A DNA stretch of 32,867 bases from positions 1 through 32,867 of the IMG/VR virus record IMGVR_UViG_3300032257_000076. One strand, given 5' to 3'. This DNA comes from a virus (lineage: Duplodnaviria > Caudoviricetes). The notes beneath the pieces were generated by a model, which made no database searches, was not told where the DNA came from, and saw nothing but the letters and a program-made list of their open reading frames with translations. A program made the position numbers and the translations under genes. Position 1 is the stretch's first letter, and the number at the start of each line of letters is the position of its first letter. Below are positions 28,204 through 32,867 of this stretch, in pieces.

Positions 28204-28333
28204 TATCACAGAAGAAGAGAGAGATGCCTTACGAGATATAAACTGCAATGCAGAAGCAAGTGACACGCCTAAAGCTTTGGCGTTCATGGCCTTCATATAC
28301 CTACCTATACTATACTTACTACTAAAGGGATAA
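28196..28333 (+). CDS. small single-TM protein (45 aa)
   Basis: Hand-translated MANITEEERDALRD...ALAFMAFIYLPILYLLLKG; fills the gap before the endolysin. Confidence 0.55.
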   Translation: MANITEEERDALRDINCNAEASDTPKALAFMAFIYLPILYLLLKG

Positions 28334-28334
28334 A

Positions 28335-28892
28335 ATGTCAGACTTCAAAAAAGCTTTTGATGTACTAATGAAACTCGAATTTAGCAACGCTTCAAACTTC
28401 CTGCACAAGAACAAATCAGAGAGAGACTACACAATAGCAGGCATATACAAATACGCACACCCTAACTGGCTTGGATGGTTCATCGTCAGTAACGCATTGC
28501 AAAACAATGATGGCAACATCACGGCTACTTCTAGGGAGCTTTACAGGAACACACACATAAACGAACTTATCATGCAGTTCTACATGGAGCAATTCTGGCT
28601 AAGGCTTAGACTAAACGAACTTCACAGCGATAACACAGCTACCGAGATATTCCTATTTGCAGTCAATTCAGGGTGTAGAAACGCAGTACGTAAAGCGCAG
28701 AAGGTTGTAGGAGCTGACCAAGATGGTCTCATGGGTAAAATCACTATTGGCTTACTAAATAACTTTGATGAAAAAGAATTTGATCTTAAGTTTGATGAAG
28801 TTGAAAAACAGTTCTACCAGGACATAATAGAAAAAAAGCCTTCCTTCGCTGTGTTTAAGAATGGATGGTTTAACCGTGCAGAGTACGTGTAA
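28335..28892 (+). CDS. endolysin, glycosyl hydrolase family 108 with a PG-binding C-terminus
   Basis: TIAGI, FYMEQFW, IFLFAVNSG, AQKVVGADQDGLMGKITI, GWFNR; the usual EGGY is replaced by LEFS. Confidence 0.88.
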   Translation: MSDFKKAFDVLMKLEFSNASNFLHKNKSERDYTIAGIYKYAHPNWLGWFIVSNALQNNDGNITATSRELYRNTHINELIMQFYMEQFWLRLRLNELHSDNTATEIFLFAVNSGCRNAVRKAQKVVGADQDGLMGKITIGLLNNFDEKEFDLKFDEVEKQFYQDIIEKKPSFAVFKNGWFNRAEYV

Positions 28893-29032
28893 TGCACGAT
28901 GAAGAATGGGATATGTTAATCCTGATAGTAGTTCTATTCGCAATAATAATAGGGTTTACAGTATTTATAGCATACGGGATGAAAGGCAACCATAACCTCG
29001 TTGACACTTTGGTCTCTCGCACACTTTCTTAA
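28892..29032 (+). CDS. small single-TM protein (46 aa)
   Basis: TAATG coupling to the endolysin; LILIVVLFAIIIGFTVFIAY. Confidence 0.55.
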   Translation: MHDEEWDMLILIVVLFAIIIGFTVFIAYGMKGNHNLVDTLVSRTLS

Positions 29033-29053
29033 AAGATTATAATTAAACTCTTC

Positions 29054-29075
29054 TTAAGTATATACGATATACAAT
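29054..29075 (+). promoter_or_regulatory. early promoter (TTAAG ... TACAAT)
   Basis: TACAAT 29070-29075; TAAGTATATA shared with the 3711-3720 promoter region; leader ATCTTAA...AAAGGGTTCA. Confidence 0.55.
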
Positions 29076-29103
29076 TACTTATCTTAATAAAAAAGGGTTC
29101 ACA

Positions 29104-29217
29104 ATGGAAACATTAATTATAAGCATAACTTCAATAGCAATACTAATTGCATACACGCTTGACTACGGATGGGCGATAAACAAACTGTTTGATTTAATAG
29201 GTGGATGCAATGAGTAA
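29104..29217 (+). CDS. small membrane peptide (37 aa)
   Basis: ATG after AAAAAAGGGTTCACA; METLIISITSIAILIAY. Confidence 0.6.
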   Translation: METLIISITSIAILIAYTLDYGWAINKLFDLIGGCNE

Positions 29218-29512
29218 TTTACACACAATAAGCGACACTAAACGCCTAGATAAAGACATAGGCACTGCAAACCGCAACCGAGGCTATGAAGTATACAAAA
29301 GCGGAAAATCAAAGCACGAGCAGCATATCGATTTAGCTTTTGAAAAAGTCAGAGAAGAACTACTCGATGATCTATTCGAAGCAGACACGCGAAGCGATGT
29401 TGAAGACCTACTCACGGCAAGCCTTTGGTACACGATAGAACATTACAAACTAAACATAGAGCCTGACGATGTGCTTCCTTTCTTTTGGAAGCGTTACGGG
29501 TTGAAGGACTAA
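29210..29512 (+). CDS. hypothetical protein (probable start ATG 29210)
   Basis: ORF track 29201-29512; in-frame ATG after AGGTGG. Confidence 0.7.
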   Translation: MSNLHTISDTKRLDKDIGTANRNRGYEVYKSGKSKHEQHIDLAFEKVREELLDDLFEADTRSDVEDLLTASLWYTIEHYKLNIEPDDVLPFFWKRYGLKD

Positions 29513-29513
29513 A

Positions 29514-29777
29514 ATGCGTTTCACAATAAGAGACATACGAGACAACAAACCGTTGCGCAACTTCCTGCGCCTAAGATATGTTACATCGGCACGAACAACA
29601 AGAGACGGTGACTTCCATTCACTAATCGAGTACGATACAAAGAAAGCTATCAAGCTAATTGACATAATGATTAAGAAGTACGAGAACACGGCTAAAAGAA
29701 AATACATTCCAAAGTGGGAAAAGCACAGAGAGACTTTAAAGGAGATGGAAAATGCCAACAGCAATGCCAACCACTAA
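29514..29777 (+). CDS. hypothetical basic protein
   Basis: ORF track; AAGGA RBS. Confidence 0.7.
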   Translation: MRFTIRDIRDNKPLRNFLRLRYVTSARTTRDGDFHSLIEYDTKKAIKLIDIMIKKYENTAKRKYIPKWEKHRETLKEMENANSNANH

Positions 29778-29876
29778 AGACTTCCAAGAGACGCTAGAAA
29801 AGTATAAGGGCTACTACGACCCTCAAAAGATTTTAAAAAGGCGTGTGATTAAGGATTCATGCTTTAAATAGGTTGT

Positions 29877-29900
29877 TAGTGTATCTTTAGAGGTACACTA
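29877..29900 (+). other. intergenic hairpin without U-tract
   Basis: TAGTGTATCT-TTAG-AGGTACACTA. Confidence 0.55.
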
Positions 29901-29937
29901 TAGAGCCACAAGCTCAAAAAAACAAAAGGAGTAGCCT

Positions 29938-30147
29938 ATGGGTTATGAAGTAACCGTAGTATATAAGGTCGAAGTAGACAACAACACGGAAGAAACAAAA
30001 GCTGATATTGCAAACGCACTAGCAGATGGCGGTATCTTAAACACAGATACAAACACAAACATTGTTGACATCCAGGCACTTAGTGCAGAAGTCAAAGAAG
30101 TCACGGTAACTGTAAAAGATTATCTAAAAAAAGAAGAAGCTGAATAG
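29938..30147 (+). CDS. hypothetical acidic protein
   Basis: ORF track; strong AAAAGGAG RBS. Confidence 0.75.
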   Translation: MGYEVTVVYKVEVDNNTEETKADIANALADGGILNTDTNTNIVDIQALSAEVKEVTVTVKDYLKKEEAE

Positions 30148-30175
30148 ATCAGCACTTCCATAAAAAGGGTTCAAC

Positions 30176-30292
30176 ATGCAATACACACCATTAGTAAAAG
30201 ATATAATCAAGTTCCTAATCATAGAGATGGGCAACCCTTCAGCAGCAGACTTTGCTAAGTTCCTAAAAGATTGCAAAGGTGTAGTTTTATGA
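30176..30292 (+). CDS. small hypothetical protein (38 aa)
   Basis: ATG after AAAAAGGGTTCAAC; MQYTPLVKDIIKFL...; ATGA overlap with the next gene. Confidence 0.6.
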   Translation: MQYTPLVKDIIKFLIIEMGNPSAADFAKFLKDCKGVVL

Positions 30293-30456
30293 TAACAGTA
30301 GTATTTGAACCTGAGAAGTATAGAGACAACATGGATGCACTTGTAATAGCCGACAAAGTGCAGAAGATATTTTCAGAGTATAATGGAACGGAGTATAACG
30401 ATAAGTTTAAAAAGCTTATGGATGAAATAGACTTCTTTGCAGATAATCAAGAATGA
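30289..30456 (+). CDS. hypothetical protein (probable start ATG 30289)
   Basis: ORF track 30271-30456; ATGA coupling. Confidence 0.6.
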   Translation: MITVVFEPEKYRDNMDALVIADKVQKIFSEYNGTEYNDKFKKLMDEIDFFADNQE

Positions 30457-30459
30457 GTT

Positions 30460-30520
30460 AAAGAGACCCGCCAAAAAAAGGTTCAAGTTAAAAAGGCGGG
30501 TGAGGGCGTGTTATAAACAC
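30460..30520 (-). ncRNA. predicted ~60-nt anti-RBS small RNA
   Basis: Minus-strand promoter TTGCAA-N17-TATAAT; 5' hairpin GTGTT/AACAC; GC-rich stem ACCCGCC/GGCGGGT with a 22-nt loop UUUUUAACUUGAACCUUUUUUU, then CUCUUU. Confidence 0.7.
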
Positions 30521-30526
30521 ATCGTT

Positions 30527-30578
30527 ATTATAACTAAGTAATAAATAATTTGCAATAGCTTTTTAAATAAGCTATAAT
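30527..30578. promoter_or_regulatory. divergent promoter pair sharing one palindromic -35 (TTGCAA 30550-30555)
   Basis: TATAAT on + at 30573-30578 and on - at 30527-30532, each exactly 17 nt from TTGCAA. Confidence 0.8.
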
Positions 30579-30584
30579 ATGTGC

Positions 30585-30719
30585 AAGCTTTTAAAGAAGT
30601 AAGGGCAAAGGGTCAGTCGAATACCTGCTAACCCCTTGCTTCTTTAAGGGCTTAATGAGTTGGCGAAATTCGACACTTCTTCTAACTCCCCTTAAATAAT
30701 AACGTCGGAAAGAAAGCAA
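30585..30719 (+). ncRNA. structured leader RNA copy 2 (C4/CI-like architecture)
   Basis: Uninterrupted 21-bp stem 30585-30605/30633-30653; hairpin 30657-30688; GTCGAAT 30616-30622 complementary to ATTCGAC 30668-30674; GTCGGA near the RBS. Confidence 0.7.
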
Positions 30720-31163
30720 ATGAATAATGCTTTTAGATTTTACGGAAAACCAGTACCACATGTTTTAGAAAAAGAAGCCTTATTAATACAAGGCCTATAT
30801 AATCTCAATGATCTTCAGTTAGCAGGGCTAATGAAAATACATGACTTCTTTAAGCGTGTAACATTATTTGACTGTTCCCCTTACAACCTTGAATTAGTAG
30901 TTTATAGATATGGGTCGGATAGTGGAAAACAAGAAGAGATAAGCAGGAATAAACTTCCGTGGAATACACTGTCTTTTTTTGATGATGCTTATGATAAATG
31001 TAGTGATGGAGCAAAACATTTCAGTGATGATATAGGACATAAGTTCTTCAATAGATTTGCAATCAAAGTTCTAAACGACATAAATAATTTAACTGATTAT
31101 GTAAATGTTGGAGTTATAGAACAGAAAGAAGACGCTCCATCTCGTGTCGTTGAGTTCAAATAA
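30720..31163 (+). CDS. hypothetical protein upstream of the replication initiator
   Basis: ORF track; GLYNLNDL weakly recalls the KilA-N start motif (low confidence). Confidence 0.7.
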   Translation: MNNAFRFYGKPVPHVLEKEALLIQGLYNLNDLQLAGLMKIHDFFKRVTLFDCSPYNLELVVYRYGSDSGKQEEISRNKLPWNTLSFFDDAYDKCSDGAKHFSDDIGHKFFNRFAIKVLNDINNLTDYVNVGVIEQKEDAPSRVVEFK

Positions 31164-31957
31164 TGACTGAGCATTTTACATTTTTTGAAAGCTACTACAA
31201 GTCAGTAAAAGACTTGCCAGATGATATAAAAGCTGAATTTTATGATGTATTATTCAATTATGCGTTATATGATAATGATATTTCAGAGGAAGCAAACCCC
31301 GTAGTTAGGGCTATTTTCTTAATGGCTAAACCAAACTTAGACAAAAGCAAAGCAAGAAGAGATGCAGGCAAGCAAGGTGGAAGCAAACCACAACCAAAAA
31401 GTAAGCAAACGGAAGCAAACGTAAGCAAACCTAAGCAAGTGCCAAGCGATAAGGATAAGGAAGAGGATAAGGATAAGGATAAGGAAGAGGATAAAGAGAA
31501 TGATAAAGAAAAAGAGAATAAAGCTTTTTCGTTTAATCTCTCAAAAGCTATTCAATATAATTCTCTTTCTAAAAGTTATCAAGATAAACTATTGGGATAC
31601 GCTGTTGTAAAAGATGGAGCTTATCAGTTACAAAAGTTCTTAGACCATAACTTAGCCAAGGGCAGCAAATATAAAGACTGGTCAAGAGCATATAACACAT
31701 GGGTAAGCAATTCAATCGAATACAGTAAAGGAGATTATAACCCTAATAACTACATAAAGGTTTTAACTAATCACCCTGATTACGATAACGTATATGTACC
31801 TTACGGGCAAAATAAAGCGTTCAGTGAGGAATATGATTACATTTGTGATTTTGACGTTAAAGAGACACCTAAGATTGTTTCAGGGAACGATCCTGCTTAT
31901 AATCATGACAGAGACATAACAAAAGTAATTAACTCAAAATTAGATGGATGGAAATAA
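31163..31957 (+). CDS. phage replication initiator (DUF6291-like N-terminus)
   Basis: FTFFESYY...LFNYAL...IFLMAKPNLDKSKARRDAGKQGG, DKDK low-complexity linker, C-terminal YKDWSRAYNTW helix; internal iterons. Confidence 0.8.
   Translation: MTEHFTFFESYYKSVKDLPDDIKAEFYDVLFNYALYDNDISEEANPVVRAIFLMAKPNLDKSKARRDAGKQGGSKPQPKSKQTEANVSKPKQVPSDKDKEEDKDKDKEEDKENDKEKENKAFSFNLSKAIQYNSLSKSYQDKLLGYAVVKDGAYQLQKFLDHNLAKGSKYKDWSRAYNTWVSNSIEYSKGDYNPNNYIKVLTNHPDYDNVYVPYGQNKAFSEEYDYICDFDVKETPKIVSGNDPAYNHDRDITKVINSKLDGWK
31370..31520 (+). repeat. putative replication origin: 10-bp iterons plus a purine-rich tract
   Basis: GTAAGCAAAC GGAAGCAAAC GTAAGCAAAC CTAAGCAAGT (31401-31440), another GGAAGCAAAC at 31379-31388, then GATAAG/GAAGAG repeats. 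Confidence 0.7.
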
Positions 31958-31958
31958 A

Positions 31959-32642
31959 ATGAGCAAAACACTAAAAGAAATGGAAGCAGAACTGCAAGAG
32001 CCGATTGAGCCTTTTGATATGGATGACAAGATGGGGATGATACACAACATAGACTGCTTAGAGTTTATGAAACAAGTTCCAGATAATTACTTTGATCTAG
32101 TTTTAACAGACCCGCCTTATGGGATTAATGAAAGTGGTGGAAAATTCAGAGGTAGGAAAGGCGGAGGGCATAGAGTTTTGGAGAAAAAGAATTGGGATAA
32201 AGAAACACCGAGTAAAGAGATATTTGATGAAATATTTAGAATAAGTAAGAATCAAATTATATGGGGTGCTAATTATTTCACAGACAAAGGCATTCCCCCT
32301 TCTATGGGGTGGATATACTGGGATAAAAGGATGGGAGGAGACTTTAGCGATGGGGAACTAGCATTCACATCATTTAATAAGGCATTAAAATCATATTCAA
32401 AATGTAATAAAATGCGTGGCAAAAAGCATCCCACACAAAAGGCACTAGAAATAATAGAGTTCTCTTTAGAATATGCAAAAGTCGAAAAACACCACAAAGT
32501 ATTCGACCCATTTATGGGAAGTGGAACGACCGCTATCGCAGCTGAGTCGTTAGGATTGCAATGGTGTGGATGCGAACTAGAAGCCGATTATGTAGCAATA
32601 GCAAACAAACGCTTAGAAGCGGTACAGGGGAGCTTATTTTAA
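31959..32642 (+). CDS. DNA methyltransferase, beta-class N6-adenine/N4-cytosine (probable start ATG 31959)
   Basis: DLVLTDPPY (motif IV) precedes HPTQK and FDPFMGSGTT (motif I). Confidence 0.92.
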   Translation: MSKTLKEMEAELQEPIEPFDMDDKMGMIHNIDCLEFMKQVPDNYFDLVLTDPPYGINESGGKFRGRKGGGHRVLEKKNWDKETPSKEIFDEIFRISKNQIIWGANYFTDKGIPPSMGWIYWDKRMGGDFSDGELAFTSFNKALKSYSKCNKMRGKKHPTQKALEIIEFSLEYAKVEKHHKVFDPFMGSGTTAIAAESLGLQWCGCELEADYVAIANKRLEAVQGSLF

Positions 32643-32867
32643 TGCCTAAAACATTCCTAGTAAACGACATAGACCATCCACCGCTAAGAAACTGGATAAA
32701 AAGAAAGTGCCATCCAGTATCGCATAAATACAAACAAGGCTGTATAATGGCAGTCTACGAGTCTGAATCAGTGATAAGAACGCTGCACAATACAATCAGG
32801 CAGCACAAGAACACGAGTTCATCTAAATACATCCCGGCATGGGAAAGTCACATTCAAAAAATAAAAG
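32642..32867 (+). CDS. hypothetical protein, open at the window end (closes at TAG 21-23 if the ends are joined)
   Basis: ATG coupled to the MTase stop (TAATG); 75 codons without a stop up to the end of the window. Confidence 0.6.
   Translation, partial: MPKTFLVNDIDHPPLRNWIKRKCHPVSHKYKQGCIMAVYESESVIRTLHNTIRQHKNTSSSKYIPAWESHIQKIK

Noticed and set aside
29751-29773. Direct repeat AATGCCAACAGC-AATGCCAACCA
   Set aside because: Only two copies, within coding sequence; no evidence of function.
30466-30501. Hairpin as a simple + strand terminator
   Set aside because: No T-tract follows on the + strand and the loop is 22 nt; the U-tail and promoter are on the minus strand.
30720-31163. Assignment as a KilA-N protein
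   Set aside because: Only the short GLYNLNDL segment resembles KilA-N; the rest does not match by eye and needs HHpred.
31447-31520. GATAAG/GAAGAG repeats as a CRISPR array or independent microsatellite
   Set aside because: No repeat-spacer structure; in-frame coding for the DKDKEE linker and better explained as part of the initiator/origin region.
2114-32733. Minus-strand ORFs in the ORF track (e.g. 8058-8519, 19031-19603, 22750-23142)
   Set aside because: All lie antisense to well-supported + strand genes, have Ser/Leu/Phe-rich shadow composition and show no recognisable motifs.
1-32867. T7-like RNA polymerase and its promoters, tRNAs, integrase/att site, DGR reverse transcriptase
   Set aside because: No ORF with the relevant motifs, no repeated ~23-bp phage promoter, no cloverleaf and no TR/VR pair were seen by eye, despite the BPP-1/T7-like structural module.

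Overview
The window looks like a complete or nearly complete, circularly permuted ~32.9 kb podovirus genome with all credible protein genes on the + strand. The host is probably a Campylobacterota bacterium (SSB sequence style, GH108 endolysin variant, TGnTATAAT promoters, AAGGA-type RBSs); this is inference. Gene order: (1) small early genes, an HTH protein and an AntA/ORF6C antirepressor; (2) RusA, HNH, C5-MTase-like; (3) ERF, YqaJ exonuclease, NinB-like, SSB, RHH, YopX; (4) an outer-membrane beta-barrel; (5) terminase, T7/BPP-1-type portal, scaffold, capsid, adaptor, nozzle; (6) four ejection proteins, one carrying an ART-PolyVal ADP-ribosyltransferase domain; (7) tail fibre; (8) PLA2-like protein, holin, endolysin; (9) DUF6291-type replication initiator with iterons and an N6A/N4C MTase. 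I saw no integrase, CI-type repressor, helicase, DNA polymerase or RNA polymerase. The most striking signal is a predicted RNA regulatory layer. Back-to-back promoters share one palindromic TTGCAA -35. The minus-strand promoter would make a ~60 nt sRNA whose loop is complementary to an atypical AAAGGGTTCA RBS found in front of five genes, four of them apparently first in their transcription unit. The plus-strand promoter drives one of two co-varying, C4/CI-like kissing-loop leader RNAs; the other precedes the antirepressor. All protein family calls come from motif recognition by eye, not database searches.
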